Source of the DNA: Rhizophagus irregularis
Lineage: Eukaryota
NCBI RefSeq assembly: GCF_026210795.1
Contig: NC_089431.1
Location: forward strand, 1,302,001 to 1,366,000
Direction of reading: 5' to 3'
DNA length: 64,000 nt
In this document: piece by piece, positions 34,759-47,239 of the stretch
Position numbering within the stretch: position 1 is the first letter of the stretch
Layout: the number at the start of each line of letters is the position of its first letter
Translations under genes and position numbers: made by a program
Notes under the pieces: generated by a model
Told to the model about the DNA's origin: nothing
What the model saw: only the letters and a program-made list of their open reading frames with translations
Databases searched by the model: none

Positions 34759-37700
34759 ATGTCAACTTTCTCACCTACAGGCGCTTCGGCTAATAGTACT
34801 CCTGCTGGTAACTGGCAAGGTGACTTGCTCGTTAAGCTACTGGTGAGAGATAGACGAGAAAAAGCATTTACGGATTTTGTTGAGTCTTGTAAGTTCCTTT
34901 AAGCAAACAACTAGATTGGTATTTTTGGGTGAAAGGGACTGGTTAGATCTAATTCCGGCCCATTTAAGAAATATTAAACAGGCTGGTCTTATTTCTAACC
35001 CGATCCAGAAGAATAAGTGTTAATGGAGTTTATGTTAATGGTGTTCTTGTTTGCAATTTCTTATATTCGGATACCAACTTTTACGTGAAAAGTCGATATT
35101 CTAACGAACTAAATTATTTTAATTAATTTAATTTACTTTCTATGTTCAATTTCTATCGAATATCTAGATAATTCTCTCGTTCAGAAACTTGGAAAATTCG
35201 CGGAAAGAAATACAGCATTGGAGTTATCAGAAAAGTCTGCAACAGAAAAACATACAAACCTATTACGTGAAGTAGACATTTTAAGAGAGCAAGGGTAATT
35301 GATCTTTTTGCCAGCTATAAGTTGTTATTAATTATTTATGAACATTATACGAGTTTAAATAATTTATTTATTAAAATTGAATAATAAATATTATTTTTAC
35401 CTTTGACAACCTAAGGAGTCCATCAAATCAAAAGAAAACTGCGGAATTAGAACAGCAAATACAAGCTCTCAAAGAAGAACTCGCAGATTTGTATAAAACG
35501 CGAGGACAAAATGCTCAGCGTTTATTAGATATGAATGACGTTTTACGAAGTCATGAAGAAGCAGCAAAGAAGAATCAAGAGGAGTATGTTGGATTTTTTA
35601 TTTATAAGATTAGTTGAAAAGATAAAATAAGTTTTGGTAAATTGTATATTTTATATCTAGAATTCGAAGATTAGCGGAGTTAAATCAAGCTTTATCCGCT
35701 AAAGTGGACCTTCATCCTCAAGCTATTCGTGAAAAAGAAGTTACAATACAGGTAAAATTAAAGATTATTATTGTATGTTATTTGATGAAGCAATTTGTTA
35801 ATTCATTTCTTTGTGTAAATCAGCTGTTGCAAGATGAAAATGCTACTTTGCAATTGGAAATAGGAAAAATTGATGAGCGTATGAAAGATTTAGAAAGAGA
35901 AAATGGTCAACTTTTACAACGTTGGTTGAAAAAGATGAATGAAGAAGCTGAGAAAATGAATGAAGCAAACCAATTTTATGAGAGGTTTGTCCGAAGATAT
36001 TTGGAGATTTGAAGCTTTTATAAGATTAGTAATATTAATTTCATTTAATTGTAGTGCCCTGGAAGTTCATGCTAAAGCTTTAGAATTCCAGAGTGGAGTT
36101 GTAATTGTTGACAAGGAATTTACTCCAATGAACAATGTACCAAAATCAATCACATTTCCAGAAGCTGGTACTGGTACTATAAGGTGGTATAATATCTTTT
36201 AATTTTTGACTTGTCTTTTATGTTGTCCTCGATTTTCACTTGCATAAGTTCCAAATTCAAAGCATCTAAGTATTTTAATTCATTATGTTCTCAATTTAAA
36301 TTTAAATTCGGTTTATTTAATAAGTCATATTAGGCAATTTATTACATAATTCATCAAACAAATTTTGAAATTATAATGTATATACTATTTATTATTATTA
36401 GCATAAACATATTTATTGATTTTATAAATATTTCTTTCGTAAAAAGATTATTTATACAAAATTTTACCATTAGTTCTGTATAAGACGCCAAACTTAAAAA
36501 TATATGCAGGTAAAATCGAGGCACGACAATCGTCATATATGATTTAACCTATCATTTTGCTGACTTTAATATTATTTTGAATAGAACACGCGGCAAAGAC
36601 TTTGGTCCCGTTATAATACCGACGGCCGTGATTAAAAAAATTGTAAACATTTAATTTATTTTATTTTATTATTTAAGAATATTTTCTTGTTATTCAATTT
36701 TAAGGTCCTTTTCTCTATTAGACACCACATGATGGCGAGATACATTCAATTGCTTCGTCTTATGATGGAAGTATGTTTGCCACGGGCAGTGCGGATAAAA
36801 CTATTAAAATTTTTGACTCCACAACAGGTTGGGTAAAATTCACATGCTTGAATTCGTTCTTTGATATATTACCCATATTAACATTTACTATATTCAGGCC
36901 AGGTAAAACAGACGTTGTCGGGATCAATACAGTCTATTATGCATGTTTCTTTTAATAATACAAACGAAATGGTCGCTGGCGCTTCAAATGACAATGCCGC
37001 AAGGTTATGGCATTTAAAAACTGGACGGATAAGGGTTTGTGAATAGTTTTTTGTTTATTGTTATTATAATTAAATGAAAGTTATGTTTAATCCTGGTAAA
37101 AATATTTTTCAATTTCTTAGCTTACTTTAACCGGTCATGTCGGGAAAGTATACTCTGCTAGATTTAACGGAGATTCCACTAAAGTGGTAAGAAACACACC
37201 AAATTTTATGTGTTGTTTTATATGATTATAATTTCATTTAATTTTTATCGTGCTTTCTATTTAACAGATTACAGGCAGTCACGATCGTACAATTAAAGTG
37301 TGGGATCTACAAAAAGGATACTGTACGTGAAATCATTTATTTAAAATTTCAAGTTATATATTCATTTATACTTATTTTATCGAATATTTTAGGCATTCGG
37401 ACTATTTTTTCATTTTCTAGCTGCAATGATGTAGTTCCCCTAGATGATGAAGGGTAAAATTATCTTTAGATTAATGAATTTGTTAATGGAAAATGAAGCT
37501 AATTTTTTTTTTATGTTATATTAGTACGACACTTGTAAGTGGTCATTTGGACAACAATTTACGTTTCTGGGATGTACGATCTGGCAAGGACATTAAGGAA
37601 TTAACTGGAATTCATCTTGGACAAATTACTTCTGTTTCTGTCTCCCCAGGTAAATTCATTGTTTCAATTTCATGATACAGATTTGTTTCATGATATAGAA

Positions 37701-38371
37701 TTTGCTAAGTTCTTAATCTTTTTTAAAGATGGTGCCAAAGTGTTGACTAATTCACGTGATAATACGCTCAAGATAGTTGATCTAAGGACTTACGATGTTG
37801 AACAAACGTTACAGTATGCTATGTTTTTATTTGTTTCAACCTTTTTTCCCATTAATTTGTTAATGTGATTTATATATTGTCTAGTTCTGATGGATATAAA
37901 ACTGGCGCTAATTGGGCTAGGGCTTGCTTTAGGTAAAAAATAATTTATTTGTTCTTTATAAGAATAATCGATAATATGCTAACTTTATAACGTTAACAGT
38001 CCTGACGGGAGATATGTAGCAGCAGGTTCATTAGGTGAGTATTAAAAAAAACTTCATCCTATCTACCAAATGAAAAATTTCTTAATTAAAATATAATTAA
38101 TATTATCAATTAGATGGGACAATTTTCTATTGGAATATCCAAAAGTCAAAGTTAGAAAAGACGACAAAAGATCATATGTATGTATCGTTAATTTGTTTTA
38201 TTATTATTTTGATTTCTCTTTAAATTTCTTAATTATTTAATTATTTAATTATTTATTATTTATTTTATTAGTGCACCTATATGTGGTGTATCTTGGAGTC
38301 CACGAGGTGGACAATTATTTAGTGCAGATAAGGATCGGACAGTTTGTATTTGGACAGGTGGATTAAGGTGA
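34759..38371 (+). CDS. ATG16: Autophagy protein ATG16 with coiled coil and C-terminal WD40 repeats (ATG16L1-like); about 18 exons
   Basis: N-terminal helix (LLVRDRREKAF); coiled coil ELADLYKTRGQNAQRL...LERENGQLLQRWLKKMNEEAEKMNEAN; WD40 motifs ATGSADKTIKIFD, LTGHVGKV, TGSHDRTIKVWD, SGHLDNNLRFWD, TNSRDNTLK. Confidence 0.92.
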
Positions 38372-38840
38372 CCCTGAAGACCTTTTAATTATTTGTTGGT
38401 AGTTTTTTTTTTAATAAAAAAAAACCTAGGGTAAAATAAGTCTACATCTTAGCTCAGGAATTGATTATATTAAGGATTTTTATTTGGAAATATATATATT
38501 TTTTTTAATTGTTATTTTATTACGTTTCAAATTAATGTTGTAAGAGCAAAAAGGAAGTAATGTAATAGAAAATTACCTTTAATTGTAATTATTATTTTGA
38601 TAATCACGGTTACGATTTCATAATTATCAATCGATTAACCACACAACAATCATACCAGTTTAATTTATTATTTATTTATTTGTTTTGTTAATTAATTTTC
38701 ATTACATTTTCGTGTATTATAGATGATGATTTGAGAAGGAAGACAATATTATTGATTTTATTTAATTGTAACAGTCATAGAATTTTTGTAAACCTCGTAT
38801 AAATAAGAAAAAAAAAGGAATTAAGTTATTACTATTTAAA

Positions 38841-40333
38841 TTATAGATTATTATTATTATACTTATCCATTAATATCGTAAATCTATCTTTAAATTCGCT
38901 ATATTCTATATAAGTACCTTTAAGATGCCTTTGACCACTACGAGAATCAAATGATTTTCTTCCATGTAAAACACGTCTATTAGCAAAAATAGCCAAATCA
39001 CCAGGTTTTAAAGTTAATTCAAATATCAAAGAAGGATCTTCAATACAAATACAAAATTGTTGATAAGCCTTATAAAATTCAGTTAAATTAATTTCATCAT
39101 CTAAGTTAAATTCAATAGGGCCTTGAAAAGGAGGAGAATAATTAACAACTAAAGTATCATTATAATCATCTATTACAATAGCGGGACGATTATAATGCAT
39201 ATGATGACCATTATTCTTATAATGAAATGTTAAAGGAAATTTTGTTAAAATATTAAAATAATTTGGATTTGTAAGTTTTAAGTTATTAATAGCTTTGAAT
39301 GAATCTGAGAAAATACTTTGACCACCCGTAACTGAATTTTTTATACAATGCAAAAATTGTAATCCAGGTGGTGCATCATAATACCTTAAAAAAAAAAAAT
39401 TTAATAAAAAAAAAAGAATATAAAAAAAAAAGATTATCATACTTACAATAAGTCCATATGTAAACCTAAATGTAAATCAGTATAAGCAATATTATTAGCA
39501 GCAGGTTTAGATTCAACATCAAATAGTTTGCCATAAAAAGTAGACTTAATAGTTCCAATTCTTTCAGCAACACTTATAATTCCTTTATCATCATCATTAA
39601 TAGGAACATTTTTAACAATTACTAAACCATAATCCCAAATTTGTTTTAAAGTATCAAGTAAATTTTTATTTGATTTCATATAATCATAATAAGTAGTCCA
39701 AAGATTTTGAGAAGATTTGAGAAGAGATGAACGATCCCATAATACTGGTTTTAAATGATTATAACGTAACTTTGAAATATTTTGTTTTGTAGAATATGAG
39801 TGAAGGAATGAAATTGGATATGTACTCTCATGAGGTTTATGTACAGAATTATTGTTAGCATGATTCTTGTAAGTTATAGATTGTAATCCTTTATCCCAAA
39901 CGATTATAAGTTTATCTGAATTGGAACCGATTGAAAGTGGTTTTATATCAATAGGAACTTCCGAACTTGAAAATAGTTTCTGACGATTATCAGGATGAAT
40001 ACATAGAGGACACTGACAATTATCACGTAACCAAATATAATTAAATTTTGTAAAAGAATTTGAATTTGACCATTTTATAGAAAGAGAAGTTGGATTATTT
40101 ATTATCTCTTTGATGAATAATCCAGAAGTTGTTGTAGAATAAGAATAAACCGAATCACTTTTTGATTGATATTTATTCGATTGGATAGGATTTCGAAATA
40201 ATAATGAGGATGATGCAGATTTATTAATAATATTGTTTGCTAGTGATAATTTATGAAAATAATGAAGATGGCAAGAATTTTTTTTATTATTTTTTTTGAA
40301 ATTCAAAAATCGAAAATAGTTTACTAATCTCAT
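38841..40333 (-). CDS. Gamma-butyrobetaine dioxygenase / AIM17-like TauD/TfdA Fe(II)-2OG dioxygenase, probably mitochondrial; exons 40333-39447, 39384-38841
   Basis: WLRDNCQCPLCIH zinc motif, NIAYT..LGLHMDLLYY, PPGLQFLHC, FANRRVLHGR, RHLKGTY; basic, Ser-rich N-terminus. Confidence 0.9.
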
Positions 40334-41222
40334 TTTTTTTTTTAAAAAAAAAAAAAAAAGAAAAAAAAAAACCTCGGAAAGAGGGGTAATATAAAAAAAT
40401 TGGATCTCTTTTTTTTATATACATATTTAGGTATATCGGAAGTTTAGTTGATTTACATATAAATTTCCCGAAACTTGCATTTGTTAAACAAACTATATAA
40501 ATTTATGCCTTATTTTGTTGTTTTCTCTTAAATAATAATTCTTGCATTAGTGATTATTTAATTAAAACATAAACTTTATAAAGCATACGCTAAAAAAATC
40601 GCGCAATAATTTTAATATTTTGAGCAAATGGTTTACTTTCATACTTGACGTGGGTTAATCCAAATATGCGTGGGACACGATAAAATATCTATATGTAGTT
40701 TAATGAGTGAATTGTTGATGCTGTATCCAGAGAATTTGTGGAGCAAGATGAAATTTACTAATAGCGATAGTGAAATAAACATACTTGAGATTATGATTAG
40801 GAAATAAAAGAATTAGGAGTGGAATTGTTATATTCCTTTATTAATGTTGATGTATTATTACCTTATAATCTGAAATCGTAAGTACATTACATTTTTACAA
40901 AGACCTAAAGAGTGTATTATTAATATTGCTATTCATTATGGCAGTAACTTAATAATGCAGAAACGACGTTGAACTAACTGGTTAAAAATATCAGGTATCT
41001 TTAAATAGCTTTTGCAGAAATTCAACTGTTAGAAGATTTATTAGCATGATTTGTTATCAATGATACTCAAAGTATATTAGAACGTTCTTTTAATAAAAAT
41101 AATATAAAAGCTTTTTTCATATGGCCAATGGAAGTAGTGTCACGTGTTACACGTGAAACTGAATGTGAATAAAAAAGTAAAATCAGGATACCAGAGAACT
41201 TTTTGTTTGTAAAAATGCCAAA

Positions 41223-42722
41223 ATGTCAATCTTTATATCAGAACCAGTAAAATCAAAACTTTATATTTCACATTCATCCATTACATTAAAAAAATCTCGG
41301 CATGAACAAATAATATTAGATCATCCATTCAATAATAATTTAGATATTTTTTTCCCTTCAATAATTAATTCCAAAAAAATCACCAGCTTATTTAATAATG
41401 AATTTTTTTATTATAAGGTAGATTTACCTTTATCATGGTTTATTGAAAGAGATTTTATACGAGATTACGTTAAATCAGGTAAATAAAAAGTCATATCTAT
41501 TTTCCATAAAATAATAATAAAATAAATCTTCTATTTATAGGCTGTGTTGTTGCTTTAAGTTTAACCGAAGGAATTGATATTGCGAATGTAATCGCGTTAG
41601 ATTCATTAGGTAAAAAAAGAAATTTATTTTATCGGTTAAATTCGTTAAAAATCCTTTTTTTTAATTGTTAACATTTTAGACAAACATCTTTAGTTGTATT
41701 TTAATTAGGAACTTTAATATTAAATTTAACGAAAGATACATACGAAGAACTTGGATTAGATGGTAAATCAACAAAATTTGGTCCAGATAAACAAAGATTT
41801 GGTAATTTCATTATATACATTAAAATATATATAAATATTTATTTATCATTTCGCTTAACTTAATTTATGCTGTTCTTTTTTAGTTGTTCAAATTGATTTA
41901 AAAGAAAAATCATTAATTCCAGGGAAAAAGGGATATGAAAGAATTAAATGGTGTTTTAATAATACGTTAACAAAAAAATTCACGTTTTTAATTTCTTTTG
42001 TAAAATCGGGTACAAAAAAATCAAGTGAAATTGATTTCCCATCATTATTTAATGCGGAAAAAATTTTGGGAAAATTTGATTTTAATAATACATTTGATAA
42101 TATTTTGATTCCTGATTTAAATATGATTAAAAATATTTCAAATGAATTTCAATGGAGATTGGACGCTGTAGAAATTTATGATTGGATCGGATTAGCTTCT
42201 ATTCAAGCTCAAAGGTATTTTTTTTAAAAAAAATAATAATTCATATATATTATATATATTTAGTCAATTGATTTTGTTTTTTATATATTTTAGAATTAAA
42301 TCACACGATCAAGTTGATCCGTTTATATCTGTTTATAAACCTCCTGAACCATATTCAAACGGAAATGGATCATTTATTAAATATACGGGATTCATCCCAT
42401 CTTTGACCATTAAAGAATTATTTGATTCAGTTTCGTATGTATTTATTTTCCATTTCTTTTTTTTAACAATCATACTAGACTTATCAATCAAATAACTCCT
42501 TTATGCCAAAAAAAAAAAAGAAACTTCCTTCGAGAGGATGCAAGTAATAATATTCCATGGGCTATAATTAATGTATGGGGATTCAAAGATTCTCCGATTT
42601 CTTGGAATAAACATGAACATGGATATTTTATGAATGGTGAAAATAATTACAGTTTTATCGTTTATAATGATGGAACTTATATTTTATATCAAGCTCTTGG
42701 TACTTACGATACTTACTCTTAA
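41223..42722 (+). CDS. RPP40: Ribonuclease P/MRP subunit p40; multi-exon
   Basis: DHPFN, GTLILNLTKDTYEELGLDG, YERIKWCF, DQVDPFISVY, PWAIINVWGFKDSPISWNKHEHG, GENNY. Confidence 0.88.
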
Positions 42723-44311
42723 AAAAAATCATCCTTATCAAATTAAATAATTATGCCATTTGAAAAACTGTGTCACGTTCTAGTCGATATAAAAAGCAAA
42801 AGGAAATTAGATAAAAGTATATATAATTGATACTACTGATATCAACAAAATGTTAAATTACCATGATACCTGATCAATAATTCAATTGCAAGAAATTGGT
42901 TATGATGCTAAAAATACTTTCCAAAACGTAGCGTAATAACTCTAAGAATATTAGAAAAACTTTGAGATCAATTTTAAAATCTCATTATTCTTAATTATTG
43001 AGAATCTGAAATCATTCAGAAGCGTAGTAAAAATTTTTAATACAATCCATTTCTTGCAGCTTTTCAGAAAATTTCGACAATATTTTTAAAACATTATAAA
43101 ATTATTGTAACAATTAATTGAATGAATATTAAACAAAAAAATGTATGTTATATCTGAAATTTTATTTAATAATTTTTTTAATTTTGTCAGTATATAATAC
43201 AAGTTGAAATATTACTAATGTAAAGGTTATTTCACTTCTTCACTTCATTTTATTTTACCTTTTTTTTTATTATAAATTTATTATAAGAAATTTGTTATTA
43301 ATAAAAAATGTAATTGAAAGAAATAGGAATTAAAAATTTTTAATTAAGTATATACAAATTTATTTATTATTAATACTATCACAATATTAGATAATAAATC
43401 TATAAAAATTTAATAGTTTATTACAAATTAAATTTACTTTTTGTAGATTATTACAAAAAAAATATTTACAGTAACTGGATTATTAATTTTTAATAATTTC
43501 AAATAATTACACTTTAGGCTATTGTCTTATTTAAAAAATTATATAAATAAAAAAGTTATTAATTATAAAGGCTATAATATAAATAAAATAAGTAATAATG
43601 GTTGTAAATAGAAAAAAAAATTCTAAAATATACATGAAAATTTTTATTATAATTATATATAAAAGGTTTTTAATAAGAATAAAAGATTAAATTTTTAACT
43701 TTACCATTATATAATAATTAATAAAATGCAAAAAAAATCTACTATTGTAATATAATTAATTTTCATCTTTTTTAAAAATTAATACTTTGAAAATTTTTAT
43801 TTAAAGATAATTGTACATCTTGTACTATAATATTTTATACTAATACTTTTAGTTTGGTTATTTATTCTAAAGTATAGTAAATATATTATAATAATAAAAT
43901 ATTAAGTTTTGAAAAATAATTATTAATATTATATAAATAAAATACAAATAAATTGTTATTTTCTGTTTACAAAAAAACTTTAAAATTTTATTTTGATTAT
44001 AATTAAAACAATCCTGATCCAATGACTTACTTTATATAGAATAAAATATAATAAAAATTATTAGGTATTAATGAAATTTAACATCAAATCTCTTAAGCAT
44101 AAATCGGTTTATTATTTATAAAATCTCATAATTGATTCCTTTTTTGATGTAATGATACTCTATACATCAAGGAATATAGAAAGATCAATTATAAAATAGT
44201 GATATTTTATGGCATTATAATAAATGATAATAAATAGAATGATATAATTAATGAATCAAAACGAGTCAATTGTTAGATTAAAATTGTTATCATTAAGTAT
44301 GCGTATGATTT

Positions 44312-46176
44312 TCATTCCGAAGTAAGAATCGTTTCTTCCCTTTGTTTAGATTTGCTATCAGAAGTTCTTGGAGTATGTATAGGTGCAGGTAAAGCTTCTA
44401 ACTCTGCAAACATTTTCTCTAGTTCCTCCAGTTCTTTATCTTCAACATTTGAGATTGATCGTAAAGTTGAAAGAGGCGTTTTGTCTGGTTGGTCGATTTT
44501 CTTCGCTGTAGATTCCTTGATTGGTTGAAAACTCGTAGACTCCGTAACTGGTTGAGATACTGGCCGTTTTTCCGGTGTTGATATAGCATTCTCTTCCTTC
44601 AACAATGCCTCTAGTTCTTCCTCCAATTCCTCATCTATTCCAAATGATGTTTCAATCAAAGTCTGATTTATTTGCATTGCGTCTTCTATTTCTTTTTGAT
44701 CTGCGAGAGCATCTTGTAATTTGTCCATTGTCGCGTCCACAGTTTCAGTTGTGAGCCCTTCTGAAGCTAAGACACCCTTTAAGGTACCTGCTCCAAAGCT
44801 ATATATATCAATAATCTTTGATTATATATATGAATGCGTTCATTAGGTACAGTTATCATTAAACGAATTAAAATAAATAAATAAATAAATAAAATTTTTT
44901 ACTCTTACTTCGTTATCGCTCGCAGCACCCTCAATTTTCAGAAGGATCCCTTCAATCGTACCTAAAGAACTTAATCTTTCTAATAATATCTTTTCAAGAT
45001 TCTTTTTTTGCTTTAAGGAATATTTTGCTTGCACTTTTTGTTTACGAATCAAGTATCCACTTATCTTCTTATTCAAACTAAAATTTCATACAGGGATTAT
45101 GATAAAGAAAATATAGTGCACTTTTTTAATATGTTTAAATTACTAGGCTATTCTTACTCTGCAATTTTTTCCTCAACACTTTCGACTTGTGTATGTAATT
45201 TCTTTCTCGTTTCCTTAATACAAATAATACCACGATCTATTTCTGAAATTTCAAGTTTGGAAATATTTTTTTCTTTCCTGCTCCGTATTTTAATTATCTA
45301 ATTAAATACAACAAATATTTAATAAAGAACAAAATAAGGAAAAATCATATATTTTACATATTTTATGTTATTCTCACACATTCTTCCTTTTTCTCATCTG
45401 ACATTTCATGCAAAACTTCCGTAACCAGCATTTTCAGTTCAAATTCTAAATAACATAGTAACACTTTTAAGTCAGTTTCTGATAATACGACGTTCGGAAT
45501 TGCTACTGCAGCATACTCGGCCTTAAATGAAGTTAAGGTAAACAAATTATCAGTGATTCCATGGACTGCATTTTTTTCGTGATATTGAAGGACGCGTTCT
45601 GCAGCTTCTTTTAAAGTAGGCATTATCACCAACTTTTTCGCGACTAAAATATTATTGGATCCAGCCACTTTTTGTAGTCCCCAAAATAACGACTGCAAGA
45701 TCCATCCTGACCATGTCTTACAAGAATAAAATTCTTCAACTGGAATCAATTCTGATGTATGATACATTTCTTGCTAAAATTTAGAGAAAGTAAAGGAACA
45801 AATTCGATAATTTGTTAATGCAAAATTAGTTAATAGCCCGAGATTGTTTAGCAAATAACATAATCACTACATAATATTATAACTTTACAGTAACACAATT
45901 AAATCCTGCTGGAGAGACTCCATTATACACAGAAAATGTTTCTTCTAAATGTTCACGATCAAGGCAAAGAATATCTTCGCCCAGCCAACCGCGTTTACTT
46001 GTTTCGATCAAAACATTTGACCAAAACTTAAGAATATCATTAAATAATTTTGGATTGAAATGTTTTTGATTTGAAAAATCGCTCCAGAACCAAGCCTCTT
46101 TATCTAAATCTTTAACTCGTAAATCAGGATGCTTTTTGAGATAATCACGGATATCTACTTTCTTTGCGATGTTCAT
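44312..46176 (-). CDS. CHMP7: CHMP7/Chm7 ESCRT-II/III hybrid protein (N-terminal winged-helix-like region + Snf7 domain); multi-exon
   Basis: N-terminal WSDFSNQKHFNP..F...LKFW; Snf7 region AKYSLKQKKNLEK..LERLSSLGTIEGILLKIE, VDATMDKLQDALADQKEIEDA, DEELEEELEAL. The start at 46176 is the most plausible ATG. Confidence 0.85.
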
Positions 46177-47239
46177 TTTTTCTATTAACGACAAGTGAAG
46201 GACATTATTCCATATTTCCATTAATGATGTGTCATGAATAACACGTGATACTAGATGCGGTAATACTGCGGTAATTCTGCCCACATTCACCTATAATTCG
46301 ATAATTAAGAACACATGACAATGTTAAATGAATTTCTAAAGTAAGTTGATGAGTGATGTAATGCATGCAGTAGGTGATCTTCGATTCTTCGTGCGACGCT
46401 TCCGCCCGGTTTAGTAAATATAAATTTGAAAATTACTATTATTTTGAAAGTTTCGCAAGGACTCAAAAAACGGATCATGTCATTGTAATCTTTTTTGCCG
46501 TATAAAAAATTACGGCTTGCAATATTTAAACCAAGACTTTAGATGTAATTTATTGAGACATTAAAGACATATCGAGTATGCTAATTTGATGTCAGAAGTT
46601 ATTACATAATACAATCTATTCTTTTGATGGACTGAAACTTTGCTTGCATATTTGTTTATTATAAAGCCACAGATTAGGTAGTTAAGTTACACGAAACTAG
46701 TCTGATTTTTTCTTTAAAACAATGACGATTCTCAAGAATTTACTTTACAATAAAATAGTGCGAACAATTGAATTTAAAGTTCTCTATGTAGGAAATTAAA
46801 AAAAAAAATCTTTTATTAAATCATGTAAACGTTCTTATATAACTGAACATTTATAATAATTTTAGTTTGTAAATTATTCTTAATAGTAACAAATTTAACG
46901 CTGCGGACTGCGTGTTGTGAGATTTTCATGTGCAATCCTATAGGTTGAAAAAAGGAAAAAAGGGGGGGTTAACTTTTAAAAAAAAATTTTTTTTTTATGC
47001 GATATCTCGAAAATATTCCTTATATATCAACAGTAGACCTTTCGTTTGCCCCAATTCTTGAAAGCATTTAGTTCATAAATTCTGCAAAGAATTTTACTAA
47101 CAAGCATCCGACTACTACTTTCGCAGACTATTGAAGCAAAATTTTTCTTCTATCTTTATTTTATTTTATAAGAATAAGCTCGTTTTTTATTTTAATTCAT
47201 TTGAACTGCATTGCATATTTCTAAAGCGGCATTTTACTC

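Noticed and set aside
32858..46176. YPT7, ATG16 and CHMP7 as a membrane-trafficking gene cluster
   Set aside because: They are interspersed with unrelated genes and nothing indicates co-regulation.
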